Assembly (NCBI GenBank): GCA_028683655.1
Contig: JAQUHK010000003.1
Location: 1 to 53,838, forward strand
Direction: 5' to 3'
DNA from: Alphaproteobacteria bacterium
GTDB lineage: Bacteria; Pseudomonadota; Alphaproteobacteria; UBA9219
Length of the DNA stretch: 53,838 nt
The translations under genes were made by a program, and so were the position numbers. How positions within the stretch are numbered: the first letter of the stretch is position 1; each line of letters opens with the position of its first letter. The notes under the pieces are model-generated. The model worked only from the letters and a program-made list of their open reading frames with translations. It made no database searches and was not told where the DNA came from. This document shows, piece by piece, positions 8,854 to 18,281 of the stretch.

Positions 8854-9254
8854 GCACTCGCAGCCAGATTCTCGGTCACAAGCTGGATATATTTCCGCCC
8901 CGCCGCCGCCGCTTCGCTGACCGCATCCAAAAGCCCCATCTCCTGCCGCACCTGCGCCAGCTTGATCAGCACAGGCAAATTGACGCCCGCCAGCACGACC
9001 GCATCGGCCTTGGGCATAACCGAGATCGCCAGATTGCTGGGCGTCCCGCCAAACATATCGGTAAGCAGCACGACGCCGTCGCCCGTATTGACCTCTTTGA
9101 TCGAGACCAAAATCTGGTTACGGCAGGCATCCATATCGTCGTCCGGCGCAATGCTGATCGCCTTGGCATAATCCTGTGGCCCGACGATCTGGCCCAAAGC
9201 TGTCAGCATCTGCTCGCCGATTCCGACATGCGTTACGATTAAAAGGCCAAACAT
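8850..9254 (-). CDS. PTS EIIA component, mannose/fructose family
   Basis: MFGLLIVTHVGIGEQM...VVLLTDMFGGTPSNLA is the EIIA-Man fold signature. Start moved to ATG 9254, because the upstream 22 codons overlap the rapZ end. Confidence 0.85.
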   Translation of the reverse strand: MFGLLIVTHVGIGEQMLTALGQIVGPQDYAKAISIAPDDDMDACRNQILVSIKEVNTGDGVVLLTDMFGGTPSNLAISVMPKADAVVLAGVNLPVLIKLAQVRQEMGLLDAVSEAAAAGRKYIQLVTENLAASA

Positions 9255-9270
9255 GCCCGCTCCCTCTTTT

Positions 9271-10140
9271 TTAGGTTTTGCTGGTAAGGTCCCTGTGACC
9301 GATCCCGACAATATAACCACTTCCGGCCAGAATTGTCGCTAATTGTTCCGCAATAAAAACGGACCGGTGCCGCCCGCCCGTGCAGCCAACCGCAATGGTC
9401 AGATAGCTTTTCCCTTCCAGCTGATAGCGCGGCAAAAGCGGCCTGAGTAATCCGACCAGATGGTCCATAAAAGACTGATAGTCTTTGTCTTTCTGGATAT
9501 AAGCTGCCACAGCCGGATTCCGGCCGTCAAGGGGGCGCAGTTTCGGGTCCCAAAAGGGATTGTCCAGAAACCGGACATCGAACACCATATCGGCCTCGCG
9601 CGGCACACCCTCCCGATAGGAAAAAGAGGTTACAAAGACGGACAATCCGGCCTCTTTATTCAGCCGGTAATGCCCCGCGATCAAGCGGCGCAGGTCATGG
9701 ACGGTCAGCACGGATGTGTCGATGACATGATCGGCCGCCTCGTGCAAACGGCCCATCAGCTCGCGCTCCGCCTCGATCCCGTCCAGCACGGGCCGGTCCA
9801 GTGCCAACGGATGCCGCCGCCGTGTCGCGGTAAAGCGGTGCAGCAAAGCTTCGTCCGAGCACTCCAAAAACAGCAGCTTGGCCACAATATCTTCGCGCGC
9901 GCGCAACGTATCAAGAACCTCGATAAACTTGTCGGCGGAAAAATGCGCGTTGCGCGAGTCCACGGCGACAGCCAGCGGCTTGTTCGCCTCGGGAAAATCG
10001 ACCAGATCGGGGATCAAACCGAGGCGCAGATTGTCCACGGCCTCATAGCCAATATCCTCAAGGACCTTCAGGGCCGTGGAAAGCCCCGCCCCCGACAGGC
10101 CCGTGACCAAAATCACCGGACGCGCAGTAACCTCAGACAT
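9271..10140 (-). CDS. rapZ: RNase adapter / nucleotide-binding protein RapZ (YhbJ family)
   Basis: ILVTGLSGAGLSTALKVLEDIGYEAVDNL (P-loop) and C-terminal IAVGCTGGRHRSV. Confidence 0.93.
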   Translation of the reverse strand: MSEVTARPVILVTGLSGAGLSTALKVLEDIGYEAVDNLRLGLIPDLVDFPEANKPLAVAVDSRNAHFSADKFIEVLDTLRAREDIVAKLLFLECSDEALLHRFTATRRRHPLALDRPVLDGIEAERELMGRLHEAADHVIDTSVLTVHDLRRLIAGHYRLNKEAGLSVFVTSFSYREGVPREADMVFDVRFLDNPFWDPKLRPLDGRNPAVAAYIQKDKDYQSFMDHLVGLLRPLLPRYQLEGKSYLTIAVGCTGGRHRSVFIAEQLATILAGSGYIVGIGHRDLTSKT

Positions 10141-10564
10141 CGAGAAGCGTTCCCTTCAAAACCAGAGCAATCTTGGCGGGCGTTGCGGCCTGCCTGGCGG
10201 GAAGTTTAAGCCTCCTGACGGGGCAATCAAGCAGAGAATAAAAAGAAGGCTCCGGCAACCGCGCCAATGCCTCGTCGGGCGCGGCCAGCTCGACATAAAG
10301 CCCCACGGGCACCGTCGGAGCAAAGGGCAAGCGCAGCAGACCGACATGGCGCAGCTCAATTAATCCGGCCAAAGCCTCTGGCGGCGCGGCCCACACGCGC
10401 CCGTCCCGCGCCTCAAGCACCACCTGATCGTCCGCCACAAGAATCCCTCCTTCATGAATCAAACGCACCGCCAAATCGGACTTGCCGCTGCCCGATGGCC
10501 CAACCACCAACACCCCCTGCCCGTCCAAGGCAACACAGCTGGCATGAAGAAGGGTTTGATCCAT
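10133..10564 (-). CDS. hprK: HPr kinase/phosphorylase, short alphaproteobacterial form (C-terminal domain only)
   Basis: LHASCVALDGQGVLVVGPSGSGKSDLAVRLI. Its 143-aa length matches the truncated HprK of alphaproteobacteria. Confidence 0.88.
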   Translation of the reverse strand: MDQTLLHASCVALDGQGVLVVGPSGSGKSDLAVRLIHEGGILVADDQVVLEARDGRVWAAPPEALAGLIELRHVGLLRLPFAPTVPVGLYVELAAPDEALARLPEPSFYSLLDCPVRRLKLPARQAATPAKIALVLKGTLLDV

Positions 10565-10573
10565 GGCTTTGGT

Positions 10574-11203
10574 TTACGAAAAGAAAAGGGTTTTAATCCC
10601 GCGAATGCCGTCCACGATGAACTGGACAGAGCGGGCGGCCAAGATCATGCCCATGACGCGGGCGATGATCAGGTTGCCGCTGGCCCCCACAAGGCGCAAC
10701 AGCCCGCGCGCGCCCAAAAGGCAAAGCAGCGTAATCACCATAACGACGCCCAGTGCCGCCAGAACGCCCGCCTTTTCCTGAAAACTTTGGGCACTGCTCA
10801 TCAGCAGGATCATGACGGTCATGCACCCCGGCCCCGCGATCAGAGGAATCGCCAGAGGGAAAACGGCCACGTCCGACCGGTCCACGACCGAGCCGTGATC
10901 CGACTCGTTGCCACCATACCGCGCGTCGCCGAAAAGCATCTTAAAAGCGATCACAAACAGTAAAAGCCCGCCCGCAACGTGGAACGACGGCAAGCGAATC
11001 CCAAGCGAGGTGAGCAGCCATTCGCCACAAAAGCCAAAGAACAGCAAAACACCGCAAGCGACGACAACCGCTTTGACCGCCGTCGTCTTCATTTCATTTG
11101 GTTCACTTTGGGCCATCAGGCCGACAAAAACAGAGGACACGCCAAGCGGATTGGCGATCACCAGCAAGGAAATCATCGCGTGAAGAAATGTAGGAAAGAA
11201 CAT
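10574..11203 (-). CDS. MarC family (UPF0056) integral membrane protein
   Basis: LLVIANPLG near the N-terminus and VFPLAIPLIAGPGCMT. Multiple TM segments. Confidence 0.85.
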   Translation of the reverse strand: MFFPTFLHAMISLLVIANPLGVSSVFVGLMAQSEPNEMKTTAVKAVVVACGVLLFFGFCGEWLLTSLGIRLPSFHVAGGLLLFVIAFKMLFGDARYGGNESDHGSVVDRSDVAVFPLAIPLIAGPGCMTVMILLMSSAQSFQEKAGVLAALGVVMVITLLCLLGARGLLRLVGASGNLIIARVMGMILAARSVQFIVDGIRGIKTLFFS

Positions 11204-11376
11204 AAGACGGGCTCACCTTGCGCGAGGGAACAAACGGTTTAATTACCTAAACCCTACCTCACTTCACCTCATTCTGCCAACGAGCAAGTTGAAGGGCCGC
11301 CTCCCCCCGCCTTAATCACCCTTTAAGAGCTTATCCCATAAAATCGGGCCGCCACCCCTATCTTAACGGAGACGAT

Positions 11377-11793
11377 ATGGCTTTTCTTGAATGGAGCGAC
11401 AGCCTTTCCGTCAAGTCGCGCTTGTTGGATACCGACCACAAGCGATTGATCGAGCTGATTAACAAGCTGCACGATGCCAGTCTTGATGCGCAGAACCGCG
11501 CGGGGGCCGAAGCTGCCATCGCTTTGCTGGTTGACTTTACCAAGACGCATTTCATCCACGAAGAAACGCTGATGCGCAAAACGGCCTATCCCCAGTTCAT
11601 CCCGCACAAAATCGAGCATGACCGCCTGATTAAACAGATTGAAGATTTTCGCGCCCGCTATGCCGCGGGACAAGTCGGCCTGTCCCAAGACAGCATCGTC
11701 TTTTTGCGGACCTGGCTGTGCGACCATATCACAAAGGTCGATACCTATCTTGGCGCATGGCTGGCCAAACACGCGTCACTCATCACGGAATGA
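11377..11793 (+). CDS. Bacteriohemerythrin
   Basis: FLEWSDSLSVKSRLLDTDHKRLIELIN, THFIHEE, HKIEHDRL and WLCDHITKVD give the H...HxxxE...HxxxH...HxxxxD iron ligand pattern. GGAG Shine-Dalgarno site 6 nt upstream. Confidence 0.9.
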   Translation: MAFLEWSDSLSVKSRLLDTDHKRLIELINKLHDASLDAQNRAGAEAAIALLVDFTKTHFIHEETLMRKTAYPQFIPHKIEHDRLIKQIEDFRARYAAGQVGLSQDSIVFLRTWLCDHITKVDTYLGAWLAKHASLITE

Positions 11794-11804
11794 ATGGGTT
11801 CAAA

Positions 11805-13409
11805 TTAAGCAGAGACAGGTTCTTTGCGCGCTGTGACTTTTGCCACGAACCCATCAATTAACGACCGCAATCGTTGAGACTCCCCGCTCAAAGCTTGAGC
11901 CGTGACCCCAATTTCACTAGCAGAATGAAGCGTTGTGTCTGCTTCCCCCATCACATCACTTACGCTTCCCATAATTGTATTGCCTGAAACCACAATGTCG
12001 GCAACACGGCGGCTCATGCCCGCGACATCTTCTCCTTGTGAGGTGACGGCCTGATGCACTTCATGACTAATGGCACTCGCCTTTGAAATTGTTTGCACGA
12101 TGGCGCCGATCGCAGCCACAGCATTATCCATGGCCTCTTTGATCGCAGCGACCTGTTGCTGAATCGTTTTTGTAGCCTGCCCCGTCTGGCTGGCCAACGA
12201 GCGAACCTCCTGTGCTACGACCGCGAACCCACGGCCTGCTTCTCCCGCCCGCGCCGCCTCGATTGTTGCATTTAAAGCAAGAAGATTTGTTTGCGCCGCG
12301 ATGCTTTCAATCAACGAAACAACGCCGACAATGTCTGTTGCGGCATGAGCGGACGTTTCAATCAAACTTGCGCTCTCTTGCGCCTGCCGGACGGCTTCGT
12401 CATTGACTTTTTGCGAAGCGACCATTTTATGGGTCATCGCATCGACTTCTAACGTCATGTGCGCGACTTCTGCTGCCATGGTTTGAATATGTGTCGCAGA
12501 ACTTTCTGTCTCTTTTTTAACAGTCTGGGCCTGATTAAGCGTACGATCTGCATTAGCCGTCATTTCATGAGAGCATGAGCCAAGCTGCTGTATGGCTGCT
12601 TGAAATGAGCTCAAAGACGTTGTGACGTCACGAATGAACGACTCGACAACGCCTGCTGTTTCAACAGCCTGTTCCCGTTCTTGCGCGGCTTTTTGAATGC
12701 GTTCATTCGTCAGCATGTCGCTGCGGATCTTGTTTTGCTTGAAAACATCGACGGCCTTTGCCATCGCGCCGACCTCATCTTGCCGATCCAAAGCTGGAAC
12801 AACCGTCTCAACATTTCCTTCGGCCAGCGACAACATCGCGGACTTCAATTGAGCCATGGGGCACAGGATCATTTGCAACGCACCATAAAGGGCAGCCATT
12901 GTCGCAAGGATCAGAACGGCGCAAAAACCCAAATACATCCACATCAAACGCACGATTTCTTGGCGAAGACCTTCGGTCGTATAAGACACCGTCAGCGTCC
13001 CAATAACTTGCCCGTCATACTGAATAGGCACGGGCAGCGTTTCCATATCCGCCGTTTCGGTGCCAAGCTTTTGACTGAGCGTTCCCGCTTGATCCACGAC
13101 AGAAGCAAAAGCAAAGTCTTTATCTGCTTGCAATCCCTTCAACATCGAATCAATGGTGGTTGTTTCCATGTTCCAGACAGGGGCCGCCAACGCAGCGGCC
13201 TGTATTTGCGCAACCAAGCGCAACCGCGCCGTGAGCTCTTCCGTGCGACTTTGTTGAAGGGTGTGAACTTGCAGCCACATCGCGCCGCCCAAAAGAAGCA
13301 CAAGAGAAACCGCAACAACAATCATGGTGCGCACTGCCAAGCTAAGACGCGCGAACAGCTTGCTTGACCCAAGCAACAAAGGACAACGACGAGCAGCGAC
13401 GAGGACCAT
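11805..13409 (-). CDS. Methyl-accepting chemotaxis protein (periplasmic sensor, HAMP, MA domain)
   Basis: [34 protein letters not shown]. Two TM segments flank a ~140-aa periplasmic region. Confidence 0.92.
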   Translation of the reverse strand: MVLVAARRCPLLLGSSKLFARLSLAVRTMIVVAVSLVLLLGGAMWLQVHTLQQSRTEELTARLRLVAQIQAAALAAPVWNMETTTIDSMLKGLQADKDFAFASVVDQAGTLSQKLGTETADMETLPVPIQYDGQVIGTLTVSYTTEGLRQEIVRLMWMYLGFCAVLILATMAALYGALQMILCPMAQLKSAMLSLAEGNVETVVPALDRQDEVGAMAKAVDVFKQNKIRSDMLTNERIQKAAQEREQAVETAGVVESFIRDVTTSLSSFQAAIQQLGSCSHEMTANADRTLNQAQTVKKETESSATHIQTMAAEVAHMTLEVDAMTHKMVASQKVNDEAVRQAQESASLIETSAHAATDIVGVVSLIESIAAQTNLLALNATIEAARAGEAGRGFAVVAQEVRSLASQTGQATKTIQQQVAAIKEAMDNAVAAIGAIVQTISKASAISHEVHQAVTSQGEDVAGMSRRVADIVVSGNTIMGSVSDVMGEADTTLHSASEIGVTAQALSGESQRLRSLIDGFVAKVTARKEPVSA

Positions 13410-13428
13410 TTAGTTTTGCCTCCTCGTC

Positions 13429-14199
13429 CTATTTCCAGTCTTTGACACCATACTTTGCAAGAATCTTGGCAAGTTGCCCCGATGCCCGCAAATCATCAAT
13501 GCCCTTGTCAAGTAAAGTGACGTATTCCGTGGATTTAGGATTGGCCGGAGAGAACGCGATATAGACATCAACGCTCGGCAAGGGGCTTTCTATGACTTTA
13601 ACTTTCCCTTCAAGGTGTTGCAGCGCAACTTGGCTGGCGAGCACATTGCCGTCATCGACGATAAGATCAATCCGTTTGGCAACCAGCTTCGTGAAGTTCG
13701 TCTTGATCGCGTCGTCTCCCGCCGCCGCCTGAATTTTCTTGGGGTCAGCTTTGTTGTCTTCGATATATTTGTCGATAACGTCCGTATAAGCATAACCATT
13801 AATGGTGCCCAATGCTTTACCGTTAAGCGAAGATATGTCCTTATAGACAAATGGATCGTCGGCTCGTACAGCAAACGTATTAGACGAATTACCCAAGGCA
13901 TTCTTGCCGTAAACAAGTTCTGGCGCGTCGTCCTGCGCTGCGCCAACGGCTGCCGTGAACTCACCGGCTTTGACTTTTTCCAACGCACGCGCCCATGTCA
14001 GTGTTTGATAATCGACCTTATGCCCTGCTTTTTCAAAAACCTCTTTGGCGACCTCAATCATATAGCCGGGAGCAGCATCCGTTGGCTCGCAATTATAAGG
14101 ACACCATGCGTCCCCTCGTATAGAAATCGTGTCAGCCATGGCGACAGGCGAAAAGCAAAGCATAGCAAGAGACAAAGAAACACACACAAGCGACTTCAT
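13429..14199 (-). CDS. Periplasmic solute-binding protein, family 3 (amino-acid type)
   Basis: Signal peptide MKSLVCVSLSLAMLCFSPVAMA, then WCPYNC...PGYMIEVAKEVFEKAGHKVDYQTLTWARAL, typical of SBP_bac_3 proteins. No ABC permease or ATPase is adjacent. Confidence 0.8.
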   Translation of the reverse strand: MKSLVCVSLSLAMLCFSPVAMADTISIRGDAWCPYNCEPTDAAPGYMIEVAKEVFEKAGHKVDYQTLTWARALEKVKAGEFTAAVGAAQDDAPELVYGKNALGNSSNTFAVRADDPFVYKDISSLNGKALGTINGYAYTDVIDKYIEDNKADPKKIQAAAGDDAIKTNFTKLVAKRIDLIVDDGNVLASQVALQHLEGKVKVIESPLPSVDVYIAFSPANPKSTEYVTLLDKGIDDLRASGQLAKILAKYGVKDWK

Positions 14200-14275
14200 G
14201 GGCCTACCCTTTCAAAAACATCGTCTTGGAAAGGTACGACTTAAGCCTTAACAAATTATTGCCTTTTGATTCTTC

Positions 14276-15028
14276 TTAATTCCGTGCTCGCGCCAGATAA
14301 TAGCTGGCCACGCCTTCGACCTTCGGCAGCACTTCGGCTAGGTCCGCAATCGCAATATCACGCCTGCGGTTCATAGAAACCGCGACAAAACGCCATTCAA
14401 TCTGGTCATTATGGCTTTGGATCGTCAACGACCCCTTGGCCAGTTCATAGCCGTTATCGCGCAACAACGTACTAACAAAATCTTTCGGCGGGAAAAATCC
14501 CTTTTTAAACTGAATCGTCGTGGCGACAGGCCGCCGTGACGGCAACACGACGTCGAAGCGCGAACCCATCATCACAAAAAGCTCGGCAAAGATCGTCATG
14601 ATAAACGCGGCGGGATAAAAACCGAGCCCGACCAGCACGCCAATCGCGCCCGAAGCCCAGATGGAGGCCGCCGTGGTCAGACCACTGATCTTCATGCCGT
14701 TTTGCATGATGATCCCCGCGCCCAGAAAACCGATGCCGGTTACGATCCCCTGAATGGTGCGCGTCGGGTCGACAATCGCCGGATTGACCGAAGCATGGCC
14801 GCTGACCCACAGGGCCGGATGCGCGGAAATCGAGGTCAACGCCGCCGACACCATGCACACGAGGCCATAGGTCCGCATACCAGCCGCGCGCCCGTGATAG
14901 GACCGCTCGTACCCAAAAAGAAACCCGAAAAGGAGCGCAATCGCCATATCCGCGACAATGGCCCAATCCGGCGAAGCGCGTAGAGCGGCTACAAAATGCG
15001 AAAGAGTCTCAGCCCAAGGCATACTCAT
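14276..15028 (-). CDS. MgtC/SapB family membrane protein
   Basis: GFLFGYERSYHGRAAGMRTYGLVCMVSAAL and GIGFLGAGIIM, plus a C-terminal soluble domain. Confidence 0.88.
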   Translation of the reverse strand: MSMPWAETLSHFVAALRASPDWAIVADMAIALLFGFLFGYERSYHGRAAGMRTYGLVCMVSAALTSISAHPALWVSGHASVNPAIVDPTRTIQGIVTGIGFLGAGIIMQNGMKISGLTTAASIWASGAIGVLVGLGFYPAAFIMTIFAELFVMMGSRFDVVLPSRRPVATTIQFKKGFFPPKDFVSTLLRDNGYELAKGSLTIQSHNDQIEWRFVAVSMNRRRDIAIADLAEVLPKVEGVASYYLARARN

Positions 15029-15040
15029 CGTGCCCGTTCC

Positions 15041-15598
15041 TTACAGCGCAAAATTTCTCTTTCGCACTTGTTCCATAAAGCGTTCTTCTTCCGGCGTCGT
15101 CTCACGCCCCAACGCCTGATTGCGATGCGGATAGCGGCCAAAGCGCAGAATCACGTCGTATCGCCAGTCGGCCCGATCGGCCAGATCGAAGTCGCGTGTC
15201 CGCTCGCGGATATAAAAACCGGCCAGCCTCAAATCGCCCGCATTCTCGGCGTGGAGGAAGGGCAGATAAAAGAAAAGTTTGAACTGGCGATCAATCCGGT
15301 CGTCATAGTGGCGGATGATCGCCTGCCGCGCCAGATCAAGGGCCGTATCGTCGGTGGCATAGGCGCGGGACGTACCACGGAACATCCGGCGGGGAAAAAC
15401 ATCCAAAAGCAACAAGAGGGCCAGCATGCCTTCGGGCGTTTCTTGCCAATCATGCAGGCCTTCCAGCGCGGCGCGTTCATGCGCTTCCAGAAAACGCGTA
15501 CGGATCGTCCCGTCAAGCTCGCTGTCATGGGTGAACCAGCGGGACGGCCCGATTTCATAGAACCAAAAGTTCAGTATCTCTTCAGGATCGTTCAACAT
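15041..15598 (-). CDS. DUF924 family protein
   Basis: ILNFWF...WF, LALLLLLDVFPRRMFRGT, FFYLPFLHAE, GRYPHRNQALGRETTPEE. Confidence 0.85.
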   Translation of the reverse strand: MLNDPEEILNFWFYEIGPSRWFTHDSELDGTIRTRFLEAHERAALEGLHDWQETPEGMLALLLLLDVFPRRMFRGTSRAYATDDTALDLARQAIIRHYDDRIDRQFKLFFYLPFLHAENAGDLRLAGFYIRERTRDFDLADRADWRYDVILRFGRYPHRNQALGRETTPEEERFMEQVRKRNFAL

Positions 15599-15666
15599 GC
15601 GTCCACACTCTACAAAATGAACCTTACGAAAAAGTTACCTTCCTGCCAGATCCGCACATGAAAAAA

Positions 15667-16254
15667 TCAATGCGTTGCCCACGTGCGTATGTTTCCCAGA
15701 TCGACGTGAACGTGGTTGCTGGAAGGATAATAGGATACCCCGCCGCGCTGCATGGTCTTGGCGATTTCGGCAATGGCCTTGCCATTGACTTTCGCCACAC
15801 GGAAATCGACGGCCCAGCCGTGCACGTGCAGGCTTTCCTTGGCCGCCTGTCCATTCGTTTCGCGCAATTTGGCATTGGTTTCGGGTGAGCGATAGCCGGA
15901 AAGAATCTCGAACTCTACCGTGGGCGGCAATCCCAGCCGTCGGCGAATATCGACCAAATAATCAATCAGTTCAGGATCAATCTCGCCAACTTGATCCGCC
16001 TGCCTGTCCTTGAAGAGCTGGTTGATCTGCGCCATGGCAGACGGATCATATTGCCCCCCGGCATAATAAGTCAGGTTCAGCCGCTCGCCAGCCTTGGGAT
16101 AGGTCAAAACGATGCTTCGCTCGGCAACTTTGTCGGGGCGGGTCTTTTCACCGCCATACTGCTTGACCAGCTTGCCCGCCATCCGTCCGTCGCCCCCCGT
16201 ACCAGCGCAAGCGGTAAGGAAAAACAGCAAGACAAACGCGAGTCCTCGCCTCAT
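15667..16254 (-). CDS. DUF882 / peptidase M15A-family lipoprotein (YcbK/MepK-like)
   Basis: SGYRSPETNAKL, SLHVHGWAVDFRV, YYPSSNHVHVDLG. Lipobox LLFFLTAC. Start set at ATG 16254, which forms an ATGA overlap with the stop of the upstream regulator. Confidence 0.85.
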   Translation of the reverse strand: MRRGLAFVLLFFLTACAGTGGDGRMAGKLVKQYGGEKTRPDKVAERSIVLTYPKAGERLNLTYYAGGQYDPSAMAQINQLFKDRQADQVGEIDPELIDYLVDIRRRLGLPPTVEFEILSGYRSPETNAKLRETNGQAAKESLHVHGWAVDFRVAKVNGKAIAEIAKTMQRGGVSYYPSSNHVHVDLGNIRTWATH

Positions 16255-16946
16255 GCCGCTGGGCTCCGCCACGCCGGATTGAGGCGATAGCCGCCCTGAT
16301 CCGTCAAAAACACATCGCCCCGCGCGTCGGGAACCGGCATCAGCTTACGGCGCAGGCGATAGATGTGAGTCTCCAGCGTATGCGTGTCCAAGGCCGCATC
16401 ATAGCCCCAAACCGCCGCCAACAACTCGTCACGCGAAACAGGCTCGGGCGCGGCATAGAGATATTCCAGCAGGGTGACTTCTTTTTCGGTTAGCTTGACG
16501 GGCTCCTGCCCCGCCGCCGTCAGGCTGCGCGTACGCGGCACAAAAAGCCACGGCCCCAGCTCAAGCTCGACATCCGGCGCATGTTTCAACAACCGTTCAT
16601 AGAAGTTCAGGCGCGAGAGCAAATAGCCAAGCCGCAAAGGCCGTGTCAAATGTTCGGTCACCCCGAACGCTTCGACGCCATCGGGCACCTCCCCCAGCAC
16701 AAAAAGAAAGGGCACCGGACGCGCCGCCTCAAGCCGCGTGACAAGAGACGAGGTTGTCGCCGCGTCCGCTGGTGATTGCTGGGCATCCCAAAGCACAAGG
16801 GCAGGCAACCGTTCGCTCCACGCCGCCAGCGCATCGGCAAGCGAGGCGAAGACAGCGAACTGCCAGCCATTGTCAGCGCGCTTCAACTGTTCAGCCAGCG
16901 CATCGGCCAACGCCGCATCGGCGGAAATAAGACCCAAGGAAAACAT
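16251..16946 (-). CDS. OmpR-family winged-helix regulator with a degenerate (pseudo-)receiver domain
   Basis: The C-terminus LTEKEVTLLEYLYAAPEPVSRDELLAAVWGYDAALDTHTLETHIYRLRRKL...GGYRL is Trans_reg_C. The N-terminal domain has receiver topology but by eye lacks the acidic pair and has RP where KP is expected. Confidence 0.75.
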   Translation of the reverse strand: MFSLGLISADAALADALAEQLKRADNGWQFAVFASLADALAAWSERLPALVLWDAQQSPADAATTSSLVTRLEAARPVPFLFVLGEVPDGVEAFGVTEHLTRPLRLGYLLSRLNFYERLLKHAPDVELELGPWLFVPRTRSLTAAGQEPVKLTEKEVTLLEYLYAAPEPVSRDELLAAVWGYDAALDTHTLETHIYRLRRKLMPVPDARGDVFLTDQGGYRLNPAWRSPAA

Positions 16947-16993
16947 AAAGCCGTTATATCAGATGATGATCGAGGATAACAAGTCGTCGATAC

Positions 16994-18172
16994 TTACTGA
17001 ACGCTGAGGTCCGTCTGGCTTGATCCGACGGTGGCCGCCATTTTGTATTTATCAAGGGCCATCAGCATCATGTCATGCACGAGTTCCGGCGGGAGGGATT
17101 GGCCCGAAGTGCGCGCCGAAGCCTGTTCCTGCATCATCGAGCCAAGCGAGGTTTGAGCGGAAGCCGTTGACTCTGTCTTGGTTGAGGCCGTTTCACCGGA
17201 CGCGGTGGCTGCCGTTGTTGCCGCCACGGCCTGTTTCGAAGCCGACGACGACACAGTTGTCGCCGAAACTGTCTTGTTTGCTGGCGCAACCTTGCCCGCA
17301 TTGCGCATCAGAGAGCTTGTGTAAATCGTGTTCCCCATGCGCAGCCCGCCCGTCTGGGCCAAGGCCTGCGTGCTTAAATCCGTCCGCCCCGCCACTGAGG
17401 CCGTTGTTTTCTGAGACAGGGTCGCCGCCTTGCCTGTGGGGGCGGTCGCTGTTGCCGTTGCCGCCGCATGCGAAGCCGTCGTCGCCTTGCTGGAGGCCAC
17501 CGTCCGCGAGGGATCGACCGTCCCCGCATCGGCCAAAACAACTTTCTTTTCGGTTACCGGGTCGGGAAGGTTGACGCTGCCGCCACCAAACAGAGCATCG
17601 GCGATCTGGACAGTCGGCTCGGTGCCCGTATTTTCCTCATAAAGCGCACTGGCAATGCCTGTGGCCGCGCTGGCCAACACGCTGCCCGTCGCGAGCCCGA
17701 ACGCGATGCTCCCCGCGACCTGAACCTCCGGCTTGATCGTATCGCCCGTCACGGCGCGATAGATCGAGCCAATAACGGGGATATGCTGCAAAGGATTGAT
17801 AAAGTCGAGGACATCATCGAACGCAAGATCGCTTTCGGCTACCTTCGTCGCTTTTTCAGCGCATTCCATCCGCGCCGAACGTGAAATCTTCGGCGCGTCA
17901 CACAAAGCAGCCTCTTCCTGAAGCACTTCTTCCTTGGTGACTTGCTTATCGCCATCGGCGATAGCTACCGTTTCATCGGAAGCCGCGGTGCTCGTCGCCC
18001 CGTTCCCTGTCGCCGCCGGAACTGTCACGGCAGTTTTTGCCCCCACAAGCGGCGTGGGCGGTGGCAATTCCGCCTTTTCAACTGCCGAAAGGGTCGAGGC
18101 AAAGCTGCCCACCCCCGAAGAAGCCGAAGCGTCCGTCCCCTTCGCGTTTTGCGCAGTCTTGACCTGCGCCAA
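16994..18172 (-). CDS. Hypothetical Ala/Thr/Ser-rich protein with one conserved-looking core
   Basis: Low-complexity A/T/S sequence surrounds a core FDDVLDFINPLQHIPVIGSIYRAVTGDTIKPEVQVAGSIAFGLATGSV. Longest ORF at this locus and co-directional with its neighbours. Confidence 0.6.
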   Translation of the reverse strand: MAQVKTAQNAKGTDASASSGVGSFASTLSAVEKAELPPPTPLVGAKTAVTVPAATGNGATSTAASDETVAIADGDKQVTKEEVLQEEAALCDAPKISRSARMECAEKATKVAESDLAFDDVLDFINPLQHIPVIGSIYRAVTGDTIKPEVQVAGSIAFGLATGSVLASAATGIASALYEENTGTEPTVQIADALFGGGSVNLPDPVTEKKVVLADAGTVDPSRTVASSKATTASHAAATATATAPTGKAATLSQKTTASVAGRTDLSTQALAQTGGLRMGNTIYTSSLMRNAGKVAPANKTVSATTVSSSASKQAVAATTAATASGETASTKTESTASAQTSLGSMMQEQASARTSGQSLPPELVHDMMLMALDKYKMAATVGSSQTDLSVQ

Positions 18173-18281
18173 AAGGGCGGCGTTGATCTCGTTAATCGAG
18201 GGGGCTGTGGTTGTTGTCTGGCTCAGGGCACTCCTAGTCGCGTCCTAACGTGCAAGCCGCGTGCCAAGTTGCCTTTTGTTT

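Noticed and set aside
11323-11772. 149-aa minus-strand ORF
   Set aside because: Antisense to the hemerythrin gene, which has a complete iron-ligand motif set and a Shine-Dalgarno site.
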